Assembly: GCA_027364705.1 (NCBI GenBank)
Contig: DAHXOU010000029.1
Location: forward strand, 1 to 55,861
Source of the DNA: Nanobdellota archaeon
Lineage (GTDB): Archaea > Nanobdellota > Nanobdellia > Pacearchaeales > GW2011-AR1
Length of the DNA stretch: 55,861 bases
Direction: 5' to 3'
Positions within the stretch are counted from its first letter, which is position 1. Every line of letters starts with the position of its first letter. This document shows, one piece after another, positions 1-8,851 of this stretch. The position numbers were made by a program, and so were the translations under genes. The notes under the pieces were generated by a model. The model did not search any database and was not told where the DNA came from. It saw only the letters and a program-made list of their open reading frames with translations.

Positions 1-16
1 AATCCCGACCGGCGCA
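1..16 (+). tRNA. Probable last 16 nt of a tRNA gene, cut by the window edge
   Basis: AAT-CCCGA-CCGGCGC-A reads as the end of a TTCGAAT-type T-loop, a 5-nt T-stem 3' half, a 7-nt G+C-rich acceptor 3' strand and discriminator A. No CCA is encoded. The stretch is G+C-rich in an A+T-rich window. The anticodon is not visible, so identity is unknown. Confidence 0.4.
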
Positions 17-70
17 TAAATGATTCGACTCGAACGCCGACCACGCATAACCTCTGTTCAAGTCGAACAC
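1..70 (+). repeat. Imperfect direct repeat with a period of about 32 nt at the left edge
   Basis: AATCCCGACCGGCGCATAA (1-19) versus AACGCCGACCACGCATAA (33-50). TTCGACTCGAAC (24-35) versus TTCAAGTCGAAC (57-68). The CCGACC, CGCATAA and TCGAAC cores recur at offsets of 31-33 nt. Confidence 0.6.
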
Positions 71-89
71 AAAAACAACTAATAACAAA

Positions 90-986
90 ATGGACAAAGA
101 AAATTTCAGAAAAAAATTAACAGCATTTCATGATAAGAATTACAAATTATTGTTATTAATTCCTGTAATCTTTTTAATTTTCGGATTTATTTATATGGGT
201 ATTTTTTATTCTCAAAATCATGATTTTATTAACAAGGATATTTCTCTTACGGGAGGAACTTCTGTAACTATTAATGAAAAAATAAATGCAGCAGATTTAG
301 AAAATGCTTTGTCTGGAAAATTGGAAAATGTAAAGATTCGTGAAATTTCTGACTTGGTGACTCACGAACAAATTGCAGTCATTATAGACACAAAAAGCGA
401 CGGACAGGAAACAAGAACTGTTCTTGAAGAATATCTTCACTATCCTCTTACTGAAGAAAATAGCAGTTTTGAATTCACTGGTTCAACCTTAAGTAATTCT
501 TTTTATCAACAACTTTTGATTGCTCTTTTAATCGCATTCGTTTTGATGGCTGTTGTGGTCTCAATCCAGTTTAGAAATTTTATTCCTTCTATGGCCGTAA
601 TTTTTTCTGCTTTTGCAGATATCTTTTTTACTCTTGTAACAATTAATCTTCTCGGATTGCAAATTTCTACTGCAGGAATCGTTGCATTGTTAATGCTTAT
701 TGGATACAGTGTTGACACCGATATACTTCTTACAAATCGTGTATTGAGAAGAGAAGGAAAATCATTAAATCAAAAAATTTGGGACTCTTTCAAAACGGGA
801 ATAACTATGACTCTGATTGCAATTGGTTCTGCTCTGATTGCAATGTTCATTGTTGGTCCTTTCTCGTCTGTGTTAAAACAAATATTTTTAATACTCGCTA
901 TCGGACTTTGTTTTGATATTCTTAACACTTGGTTGACTAACACTTCAATAATTAAATGGTATGTTTTACATAAACAAAAGAAATGA
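90..986 (+). CDS. secF: Protein-export membrane protein SecF
   Basis: 298 aa. N-terminal TM helix, then the Sec_GG-type motif DISLTGGTSVTI. C-terminal 6-TM block with GYSVDTDILLTNRVLRR. ATGA overlap with the next gene. Confidence 0.9.
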   Translation: MDKENFRKKLTAFHDKNYKLLLLIPVIFLIFGFIYMGIFYSQNHDFINKDISLTGGTSVTINEKINAADLENALSGKLENVKIREISDLVTHEQIAVIIDTKSDGQETRTVLEEYLHYPLTEENSSFEFTGSTLSNSFYQQLLIALLIAFVLMAVVVSIQFRNFIPSMAVIFSAFADIFFTLVTINLLGLQISTAGIVALLMLIGYSVDTDILLTNRVLRREGKSLNQKIWDSFKTGITMTLIAIGSALIAMFIVGPFSSVLKQIFLILAIGLCFDILNTWLTNTSIIKWYVLHKQKK

Positions 987-2515
987 AAATTAAATTCACC
1001 TGGAAAATTTGGATATGGATTATTGTATTAATCTTTTCTTTAATTTCTATTTTTTACAACCCGAATTATTTTATGCAAAAAGGAGTTTTAATTAATAGCA
1101 TAGAGCAAAACTCTTCTGCATTTGAAGAAGGATTGAGGCAAGGGCAAATCATTACTGCAATTGATGGAAAAACAATAACAAGTATAGATGACTTTTCTAA
1201 AACTATGGAAGGTAAATTTAATTCCCATGAAAAAATAAAGACAACAATAACTACTTCCAAGGATGAATACATAATTTATTCTAACCAATCTTTGAATATT
1301 CTTGTTTCTGATCTTCCATCTACAAATCTTAAAACAGGTTTAGATCTGAGTGGTGGTGCAAGAGCATTAGTTAAAGCACAGAATCATGAATTAACTTCTT
1401 CCGAGATTAATGATTTGGTTAACGTCGTAAGTAATAGATTAAATGTATATGGAATTTCGGATATGACTATTCGTTCTGTTTCAGATCTTGCAGGAAATAA
1501 TTATATGTTAATTGAAATTGCTGGTGCAACTCCAAAAGATTTAGAGAACTTAATTTCTCAACAAGGTAAGTTCGAAGCTAAAATAGGCAATCAGACAATT
1601 TTTATCGGCGGAGAACAGGACATTACTTCTGTCTCGAGATCTGGACAGGAATCTGGAATTTATTCCTGCGCACAGGCAGCACAAGGATACTTTTGTGAAT
1701 TTAGATTTACTGTTTATTTAAGTGAACAGGCTGCAGAAAAACATGCAAATATCACGAATGGGCTTGAAGTTAACTCAACTTCCCAAGGAAATTATCTTTC
1801 TAAAAAATTAGATCTCTACCTCGATGATAATCTTGTAGAAAGTTTGTTAATTAGTGAAAGTTTGAAAGGAAGAGTAACTACTCAGATTCAGATTTCTGGT
1901 TCAGGTACAGGCGAGACAAAAGAAGAAGCTTACGATAATGCTATTAATGAAATGAATAAACTTCAAACTGTTTTGATAACAGGAAGTTTGCCGTTTAAAT
2001 TAGAGATTGTTAAATTAGATACTATCTCTCCGACGCTAGGAGAAAATTTCTCTAAATACATTTTTTTCGCGGGATTTGCTTCTTTGCTTCTTGTGGGAAT
2101 TGTTATTTTTGTGAAATACAGAAAATTGAAATTAGTTGTTCCTTCTTTCCTGATTTGCACTTCTGAAATTATTATCACTCTTGGTATTGCTTCTATTATG
2201 GGGCAGGATTTAGACTTACCTGGAATTGCAGGTATACTTGCTGCAATTGGAACAGGTATTGATGACCAGATTGTAATGTTAGATGAAATTAAAACAAAAG
2301 AAGTATTAACTATCAAACAAAAAATTAAAAGAGCTTTCGGAATTATCTTGGGAGCTTATTTAACTGTTTTAGTTTCATTACTTCCTCTTTTATGGGCTGG
2401 AGCAGGATTACTTCGTGGATTTGCAATTATGACTATAATCGGAATAACTATTGGGGTTTTAATCACACGACCTGCATTTGCAGATTTGATAAAACTCGTT
2501 GAAGATAAAGAATAA
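983..2515 (+). CDS. secD: Protein-export membrane protein SecD, with a PDZ-like segment in its extracytoplasmic loop
   Basis: 510 aa. GLDLSGGARALV motif. C-terminal TM block with GTGIDDQIVMLDE. Translationally coupled to secF, in the archaeal secF-secD order. Confidence 0.9.
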   Translation: MKIKFTWKIWIWIIVLIFSLISIFYNPNYFMQKGVLINSIEQNSSAFEEGLRQGQIITAIDGKTITSIDDFSKTMEGKFNSHEKIKTTITTSKDEYIIYSNQSLNILVSDLPSTNLKTGLDLSGGARALVKAQNHELTSSEINDLVNVVSNRLNVYGISDMTIRSVSDLAGNNYMLIEIAGATPKDLENLISQQGKFEAKIGNQTIFIGGEQDITSVSRSGQESGIYSCAQAAQGYFCEFRFTVYLSEQAAEKHANITNGLEVNSTSQGNYLSKKLDLYLDDNLVESLLISESLKGRVTTQIQISGSGTGETKEEAYDNAINEMNKLQTVLITGSLPFKLEIVKLDTISPTLGENFSKYIFFAGFASLLLVGIVIFVKYRKLKLVVPSFLICTSEIIITLGIASIMGQDLDLPGIAGILAAIGTGIDDQIVMLDEIKTKEVLTIKQKIKRAFGIILGAYLTVLVSLLPLLWAGAGLLRGFAIMTIIGITIGVLITRPAFADLIKLVEDKE

Positions 2516-2516
2516 G

Positions 2517-2984
2517 ATGATACCCAAATATCATATCCTCTTCGGATTTCTTTTTGTTGCATTTTTGTATTTCTTTTTTCCAATAATTCCGTTATACGGT
2601 CTTGCAATTATTTTTCTTTCTTCAATCTTGATAGACGTTGATCATGTATTCTATTATTTTTTTAGAAAAGGAAAATTAAATCCGGTCGAATCCTATAATT
2701 GGTATATGAAAAGAAAAATTCATTTTAATCTCATTCCTAAAGAACAAAGAAAAAAAATTTATTCTGGGTTTTATCTATTCCACGGAGTTGAATGGTTGAT
2801 TATTTTATTTTTATTAAGTAATTTTATCAATCCTTTTTTTCTTTTTATCTTCTTGGGTTTTTCTTTTCATTTTTTATTGGATTTAATTCATGAAATTTAC
2901 GATAAGAGAACGGTAGATAAGATTTCTTTGTTCTGGAATATTTTCCGAAGGAAAAAATATTATTCTCTAACTATCTTTCCTTAA
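2517..2984 (+). CDS. Small membrane-bound metal-dependent hydrolase-like protein (YdjM/DUF457-like)
   Basis: Polytopic membrane protein with H near the N-terminus, a LIDVDH motif and a C-terminal HFLLDLIHE. The ATG at 2517 lies 1 nt after the secD stop. The track ORF start at 2499 would overlap secD. Confidence 0.5.
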   Translation: MIPKYHILFGFLFVAFLYFFFPIIPLYGLAIIFLSSILIDVDHVFYYFFRKGKLNPVESYNWYMKRKIHFNLIPKEQRKKIYSGFYLFHGVEWLIILFLLSNFINPFFLFIFLGFSFHFLLDLIHEIYDKRTVDKISLFWNIFRRKKYYSLTIFP

Positions 2985-2989
2985 TAATC

Positions 2990-2996
2990 TTTAAAA
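2990..2996 (+). promoter_or_regulatory. TATA-box candidate for the flippase gene
   Basis: TTTAAAA centred about 26 nt upstream of the ATG at 3019. Confidence 0.4.
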
Positions 2997-3018
2997 GTGT
3001 TCTTTCCTATTTTAATCG

Positions 3019-4560
3019 ATGGAAAATCAAGAAAAAAAAGAGGAATTTGATTCTTCTCTCAGACTGATTATTAAATCTTCTCTGTTTGTTTTTCTTGGAG
3101 TAATTTTTTCTAAAATATTCGCTTATCTTTACAGAATTATAATTGCAAGATCTTTTGGCCCCGAAGTATACGGTTTATTCTCCCTCGCCTTAATCGTTTT
3201 CCTGTGGTTTATTTCTCTCTCTGCTCTTGGTTTTTATGATGGTGTGTTAAGATTTATCCCTTTTTATCGAGGACAAAAAAAGATAAATAATATTCGTTAT
3301 CTTTTCAAGTTTTCTTCAATTGTATTGATAATTTCAAGTATCATTTCTGGGATTTTACTTTTTTTGTCTTCAGAAATAATTTCTATTAAACTTTTTCATA
3401 ATTCGGATTTGATAATCTTCTTGAAAGTTTTTAGTTTTATGTTGCCTGCTTATATTTTTGCTTATTTCTTCTTAACTATAATGCAAGCATTTGAAAAAAT
3501 AAAAATTCATTCATTCTTTTCCGATTTTTTAATTAATCTCATTAAACTAATCTTGATCTTATTTTTTATTTTTATCGGGCTTAAAACAAACGCAGTGGTT
3601 TTTTCATACTTCTTTGGAATAATCTGTTTGTTGCTGATTTCTTATTTTTATTCCCGAAAAAAGATTTCAGAAATATTCGAAAAAACTAAACTAAAGAAAA
3701 AAATAAAAGAAGAAGTTAGAAAGAACTTATTCTCTTATTCTGTTCCACTTCTTTTTTTAAGTATACTCTCTAGTCTTTTCCTCTATATTGATTCTTTTGT
3801 AATTGGTTATTTTTTGGATGCAGTACAGGTTGGAATTTACAATGCTGCAATTCCAATAACTGAATTTTTATCTCTCTTTCCTTGTTTATTCATGAGACTT
3901 TTTTTCCCGATGATAACCAGAAAATTCTCTCAGAAAGATATACCTTTTATAAAAAATTTAAGCATTCAAATTGAAAAGTGGATTCTTATGGTGAACCTAC
4001 CCATTTTTGCATTGATGTTTTTATTTTCTGGAGCTTTTATAAACATTCTTTTTGGTCCACAATATATCGCCGCAGAAACTGCCCTGAGGTTTTTATCCGT
4101 GGGTCTTTTCTTTTTTTACTCTATTGCCTTAGTATCAAATAATCTTTTATCTATGCTTGGAAAGTCGAAGATTATTCTTATAGATACAATAGTAACCTCG
4201 GTTGTTAATCTAATCTTATGTTTGATTCTCGTTCCAATTTATGGGATTAATGGTGCCGCATTTGCAACAATGATAATGTACATTGTTCTTAGTCTGGTTT
4301 TTTTCATCCAATCAAGACATTATTTCTCAGGAATGTCTTTGGTTCCGAAGTTTCTTAGGATATTTTTGTCCATACTAATTCCTACAATTTTGCTTGCAAT
4401 AATTAAACAATTCATCAGGGTAACTTTGATTAGCATAATTCTTGAAGGATTAATCTTCTTTTCCCTTTATTTATTCCTCCTCTTCTTTACTAAAAGTTTA
4501 GAAAAAAATGATTTCATGATTTTGAGCTCTATAAAGAAAAAAATATTTCATTCTTCTTGA
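3019..4560 (+). CDS. Wzx/MOP-superfamily oligosaccharide (polysaccharide biosynthesis) flippase
   Basis: 513 aa with about 12-14 predicted TM helices. The N-terminal IIKSSLFVFLGVIFSKIFAYLYRIIIARSFGPEVYG region is typical of polysaccharide-biosynthesis/MOP flippases. Confidence 0.75.
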   Translation: MENQEKKEEFDSSLRLIIKSSLFVFLGVIFSKIFAYLYRIIIARSFGPEVYGLFSLALIVFLWFISLSALGFYDGVLRFIPFYRGQKKINNIRYLFKFSSIVLIISSIISGILLFLSSEIISIKLFHNSDLIIFLKVFSFMLPAYIFAYFFLTIMQAFEKIKIHSFFSDFLINLIKLILILFFIFIGLKTNAVVFSYFFGIICLLLISYFYSRKKISEIFEKTKLKKKIKEEVRKNLFSYSVPLLFLSILSSLFLYIDSFVIGYFLDAVQVGIYNAAIPITEFLSLFPCLFMRLFFPMITRKFSQKDIPFIKNLSIQIEKWILMVNLPIFALMFLFSGAFINILFGPQYIAAETALRFLSVGLFFFYSIALVSNNLLSMLGKSKIILIDTIVTSVVNLILCLILVPIYGINGAAFATMIMYIVLSLVFFIQSRHYFSGMSLVPKFLRIFLSILIPTILLAIIKQFIRVTLISIILEGLIFFSLYLFLLFFTKSLEKNDFMILSSIKKKIFHSS

Positions 4561-4571
4561 TTGACATTAAC

Positions 4572-4585
4572 TTTAAAAAATATAT
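4572..4585 (+). promoter_or_regulatory. TATA-box candidate
   Basis: TTTAAAAAATATAT centred about 25 nt upstream of the ATG at 4600. Confidence 0.4.
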
Positions 4586-4599
4586 CACGATAAATTTTT

Positions 4600-5979
4600 A
4601 TGAAGATCACTCTTTGTATTGCTCCATGGGATATGTGGGAAGATGAAAATTATTCTGTATATCCTCTTGGTTTAGCTTATCTTGGAGCCATGCTGGAAAA
4701 AAATAAATACGAGGTTAATTTGCTTAATCTTTCACTTTGCAAGTTAGAAGATGCTAAAAAAGAAATTATTAAACATCTCAGCGAACAAAAACCCGACTTC
4801 TTTGGTTTTAGTATTCTTTCAAATAGTAGGATTTCTGCAAGAGAATTAATTAAACTAGTAAAAGAATTAAGCCCACAAACAAAAATACTTGCCGGGGGAA
4901 TTCATACTACTTTTATGTATGAACAAATTCTAAATAATTACCCTGTTGATTTTGCTGTTTTGGGGGAGGGAGAGTATACCCTATTGGAGTTACTTGATGC
5001 AATACAAAAGAAAAAATCAATATCTTTCTTGAAAAAAATAAAAGGGATAGCATTCAAATATGAAGGAGAAATTATAAAAACCGAAAATCGGGAGAGAATT
5101 AAAGAATTAGATAGATTACCTCTTCCAAAACACAATTTTTTTAGTGAACAAATAAAAAAAACAAAAACAGCTTATATCATCACTTCTCGAGGCTGTCCTT
5201 TTAGTTGTTCTTTTTGTCCTAGTTCAGCATACTGGGGAAGACATATCATCCAAAGAAGTGCAGAAAATATTCTTGAAGAAATAAAATATTTATTAAATGA
5301 GTTTCCTGACTTGGAATATATTAATTTTTCTGATGATGAGTTCATCTGCAATAATCAAAGGGTGATCTCTTTATGTCAAATGATAATTCGGGAAAAAATA
5401 AAAATTAAATGGAGATGTTTAGGGAGAGTGTCTTCTATAACTGAAGAAGTAATAAAAAATATGAAAGAAGCAGGATGTTGTCAAATTACTTTTGGAGTTG
5501 AGTCTGGTAGCCAGAGAATTCTTGATGGGATTGGAAAAAAAGTAAAAATCTCCCAAATTGTTGATGCATTTAATATCTGTAGAAAATATGAAATTCAAAT
5601 ATCTTGCTTAACTATCGTCGGATTGCCTGGAGAAAATAGACAAAGTGTTAATGAAACAATCGCCCTGTGTAAAAAATTAAAAATTAATACGGAACCTGCA
5701 ATATTAATAATTTTTCCAGGAACAGAAGTTTACAAATTAGCTAAGGAAAAAGGATTTTTGACAGATGAATATTGGCTTGGCGAAGATCTGTGTCCTCTTT
5801 ATTTATGCGAACATCCAAAATGGAAACTATGGTGGTGGTCTTTTAAAACCGGACTTATAACTTATTATCATGATAAGGATGTTAGTGCTTATGACTTTTT
5901 TTATGATAAAATTATAAAAAAATTTAAACCATCTCTTTTTATAAGAATTTTTAAACGATATATAACGGATAAAACCTAA
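4600..5979 (+). CDS. B12-binding-domain (class B) radical SAM enzyme
   Basis: 459 aa. N-terminal Rossmann-like domain (PLGLAYLGAML...ILAGGIHTT...VLGEGE), followed by TSRGCPFSCSFC. The first Cys codon of this CxxxCxxC motif is at 5194. Confidence 0.85.
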   Translation: MKITLCIAPWDMWEDENYSVYPLGLAYLGAMLEKNKYEVNLLNLSLCKLEDAKKEIIKHLSEQKPDFFGFSILSNSRISARELIKLVKELSPQTKILAGGIHTTFMYEQILNNYPVDFAVLGEGEYTLLELLDAIQKKKSISFLKKIKGIAFKYEGEIIKTENRERIKELDRLPLPKHNFFSEQIKKTKTAYIITSRGCPFSCSFCPSSAYWGRHIIQRSAENILEEIKYLLNEFPDLEYINFSDDEFICNNQRVISLCQMIIREKIKIKWRCLGRVSSITEEVIKNMKEAGCCQITFGVESGSQRILDGIGKKVKISQIVDAFNICRKYEIQISCLTIVGLPGENRQSVNETIALCKKLKINTEPAILIIFPGTEVYKLAKEKGFLTDEYWLGEDLCPLYLCEHPKWKLWWWSFKTGLITYYHDKDVSAYDFFYDKIIKKFKPSLFIRIFKRYITDKT

Positions 5980-5989
5980 TCGTCATTAA

Positions 5990-6000
5990 TTTTATAAATA
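5990..6000 (+). promoter_or_regulatory. TATA-box candidate
   Basis: TTTTATAAATA centred about 25 nt upstream of the ATG at 6020. Confidence 0.4.
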
Positions 6001-6019
6001 TTCTTTTTCCTTTTTTTCT

Positions 6020-7687
6020 ATGGAGACATCTAGCAAAAATAATGAAATTCCTTCTTTAAAAAATAAAAAATTGATGCTCTCTACCTGGGGATGCGGAGAT
6101 AAAGATACTTTTCATTGTCGTGATTGGATTCCTGTCTTCAACAAAATGTTTGGAAAATTGGTAATATTTACTTCAAGAAATTTTTATTATCATTATGGAA
6201 AAGAGGCCTTAAATAAAGAATTTTTAAGAATAATTCAGCAAGAGAGGCCAGACTATCTTCTTTTTAGTCCAGGTTTTTTTGGGCAATTTGAAATTGAAAC
6301 TTTGGCCCAAATAAAAAAATTCTCCCCACAAACCAAAACAATTATAGAATTTGGCGACGATGATTGGAAATTTGAAGATTGGTCTCGGTATTATGCCTTA
6401 TTCTTTGATTATATCATTACTTCAAAAAAAGAAATATCTATCTATAAAAAAGATAAGCTAAAGAATGTTTTTGTTATTCATGGAGTAAACCCCCATTTTT
6501 TTAAACCACTTAATTTGGAAAAAAAATATGATGTTAGTTTTATTGGAAGACCTGTTGCAGATAGATATGAATATCTTCAATTCTTAAAAGAAAATGGGGT
6601 GAATTTAAGTCTATTTGGTATTGGGTGGCAGGATTATCCCGACTTAAAAAATATTTATCATGGGGTTTTGTATGATGAAGATTATCCTCGAGTAATCAAT
6701 CAGTCCAAGATAAATCTAAACTTTTCTAAAACTCTTTATAAAAAAGGAAAAAAAGGACAACTTAAAGGTAGAAGTCTTGAAGTTCCCGCATGCAACTCTT
6801 TTATGCTTAATGAATATACTTCTATGAATATAGAATTTATCAATAAACACAAGGAAATAAATTTTAACAATAAAAAAGAGTTATTAGAGAAGATAAATTA
6901 TTTTTTAATTCATGAAAAAGAAAGAGAGAAAATTGCTGAAGAATTTTATCAACATATAATTAAAAATTATTCTTGGGAATTTTTATTCCAAAAATTTTTC
7001 TCCAAGATAGAAAAAGATAACTCACTCGAATTTCATCTTCCAAAGATTAATAAAAATATTTTTGAGATTTCTAAAGAGGACATTCATCTTTCACTATCTG
7101 AACTAAAAGAGAAATTAAAAAATACAGATTATATCTCTTTCTCAGACACGAAAATAAGACATTCTTCTTACAGAAATTATCTCCAATCTTATTCTTTATT
7201 TATTACAAAAAAACAAATAAGCTGTTGCGATTATTTTGTTCATTCAAATGGGCTTGGAGATTATATGTTATCTTTAATGAAAGAGTCTTTTCATAATCTG
7301 GACAAAGAAAATTTTTCAAAAATAATTCATCCCGGTCAATTAATGGTGACCAAAAATTTTTTCCTTGATAATCTTTCTAAATTTAGAGAATTCTGTTTGG
7401 GTGGAGCTTTTTATTTAATCAATGAGAAAAATACTGCTTTTGTTTCCATACCTCTAATAAGTATTCCAACAACGCCTTTAATTGACTACCCTTTATTAAA
7501 AAAATATTTTCATCTAAGTTTTATTGATAATTTATTCTCTCTTTTCTCTCAGAAGAAAATTTTCAACGCTTATAACTTAAATTTTCTTATCTCCTTTTTT
7601 CAAAAAAGTTTTATTAGAAAATACCTAATTGATTACTTTCGAGATATTAGAACTATCTTTAATCTCTTAAAAACTTTCAAAAAATAA
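6020..7687 (+). CDS. CgeB-family / Glyco_trans_1_2-like glycosyltransferase with an uncharacterised C-terminal extension of about 200 aa
   Basis: 555 aa. The FIGRP...KINLNFSK...GRSLEVPACNSFMLNEY...ELLEKINYFLIHEKEREKIAEE pattern resembles CgeB-type GT-B C-terminal domains. I recognise no motif after about aa 340. Confidence 0.5.
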   Translation: METSSKNNEIPSLKNKKLMLSTWGCGDKDTFHCRDWIPVFNKMFGKLVIFTSRNFYYHYGKEALNKEFLRIIQQERPDYLLFSPGFFGQFEIETLAQIKKFSPQTKTIIEFGDDDWKFEDWSRYYALFFDYIITSKKEISIYKKDKLKNVFVIHGVNPHFFKPLNLEKKYDVSFIGRPVADRYEYLQFLKENGVNLSLFGIGWQDYPDLKNIYHGVLYDEDYPRVINQSKINLNFSKTLYKKGKKGQLKGRSLEVPACNSFMLNEYTSMNIEFINKHKEINFNNKKELLEKINYFLIHEKEREKIAEEFYQHIIKNYSWEFLFQKFFSKIEKDNSLEFHLPKINKNIFEISKEDIHLSLSELKEKLKNTDYISFSDTKIRHSSYRNYLQSYSLFITKKQISCCDYFVHSNGLGDYMLSLMKESFHNLDKENFSKIIHPGQLMVTKNFFLDNLSKFREFCLGGAFYLINEKNTAFVSIPLISIPTTPLIDYPLLKKYFHLSFIDNLFSLFSQKKIFNAYNLNFLISFFQKSFIRKYLIDYFRDIRTIFNLLKTFKK

Positions 7688-8851
7688 TTAAGGGAAATCA
7701 ACACACATAGGATCTTCTTCTCTTGATTCTAATGTCAGTTCTTCTATTTGTCGAGCATATTCTCCATAGGTGCATCTACCACATTCTTTGTCGACATTTA
7801 TTGATTCAAGAAGTCCTTTATGTTTTTCTGAACCCCAGAAATTTAAAATTTCTTTTGGATTTGGATAATGGCTTCCCAATTTGAATCTTTTTTCAATTCG
7901 ATGGTCTGCACAAACATAAACATTTCCGTCTGCGCAAGCTTGTAACATCAATGGAGAAGAACAGCATTTTTTGAAACTGTGTTTTACTGTAAAATCTGGA
8001 TTGTATTTGTGCATAATTGTGAAAACTCTGAAGTCATCTTTTTCTTCTAACTTGTGACACTCGAAAAATAATTTCTGTATCTCTTCTAAATTATAATTAA
8101 GTTCCATTGCCTGCACAAAATCTTTTCTTTCCAAATCTGCAGGACGTGCATGGAAATCCCTGACCCCAATTTTTTTTGCAAGTTTACACGCATCATAAAC
8201 TTCATGCCAGTTATCTGGTCTGATTAAAAACTTATATGCTATATCTATTTTCGATCCTGTTTTATTTTTTGTTTCCACCAAATCATTTAAATTTTTTACA
8301 ACCTTTTCAAAACAATTGATTCCATGAACTTTTTCAAAAGTTTCTTTTGTTGCAGAATCTAAAGAAACACCGACCCATCTGCAGTTCATCATTTCATTTG
8401 CGATATAGTCATTAATCAAGCTTCCATTTGTTGCAAAAGAACTTTTCATTCCTTTTGAAGCAATATACGACGGTAAATCCCACACATTTTTATTCATCAA
8501 CGGTTCTCCTCCACCACCGATACAAACTCCCCTCACACCCCAGTCCGCACAAAAATCAATAATATCTCTTAAATGTTCTTTCGTCATTTTTCTTTTGTCA
8601 GATGGAACTTCATCCGGATTCAAAATTAAATATCTCTTTGCATTACAATGACCACATTCAAAATTACATAAGTGTGTTGGATCTAATGATAGTTCAATTG
8701 GTGCAGGCAAATCTTTTGTCTCTCCCTTAAACCATTTTGCGATCGGCTTGTAATGACTATCATACCAGATAAGTCCTTTATATGAGTTGAATGAATTATA
8801 CTTTGATTTATCACTCCATTCACTTTTTTTATCTTTCCAATCATCACGCAT
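7688..8851 (-). CDS. Radical SAM enzyme with a C-terminal twitch/SPASM-like Cys region
   Basis: 387 aa. THLCNFECGHCNA (CxxxCxxC) plus GGGGEPL. C-terminal CADGNVYVC...CGRC. Confidence 0.8.
   Translation of the reverse strand: MRDDWKDKKSEWSDKSKYNSFNSYKGLIWYDSHYKPIAKWFKGETKDLPAPIELSLDPTHLCNFECGHCNAKRYLILNPDEVPSDKRKMTKEHLRDIIDFCADWGVRGVCIGGGGEPLMNKNVWDLPSYIASKGMKSSFATNGSLINDYIANEMMNCRWVGVSLDSATKETFEKVHGINCFEKVVKNLNDLVETKNKTGSKIDIAYKFLIRPDNWHEVYDACKLAKKIGVRDFHARPADLERKDFVQAMELNYNLEEIQKLFFECHKLEEKDDFRVFTIMHKYNPDFTVKHSFKKCCSSPLMLQACADGNVYVCADHRIEKRFKLGSHYPNPKEILNFWGSEKHKGLLESINVDKECGRCTYGEYARQIEELTLESREEDPMCVDFP

Noticed and set aside
1-70. Left-edge ~32-nt repeats as a CRISPR array
   Set aside because: There are only two to three degenerate copies, with no unique spacers between them and no cas genes. 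The units resemble tRNA 3' portions instead.
1963-2316. 117-aa minus-strand ORF inside secD, plus the other 60-106-aa nested antisense ORFs (e.g. 506-718, 1066-1288, 9023-9292, 31153-31473, 42582-42845, 44328-44600, 53165-53431, 54651-54923, 55458-55769)
   Set aside because: All are embedded opposite long, motif-bearing genes. Stop-poor antisense frames are common in A+T-rich coding DNA. None carries a recognisable domain or its own promoter-like spacing.
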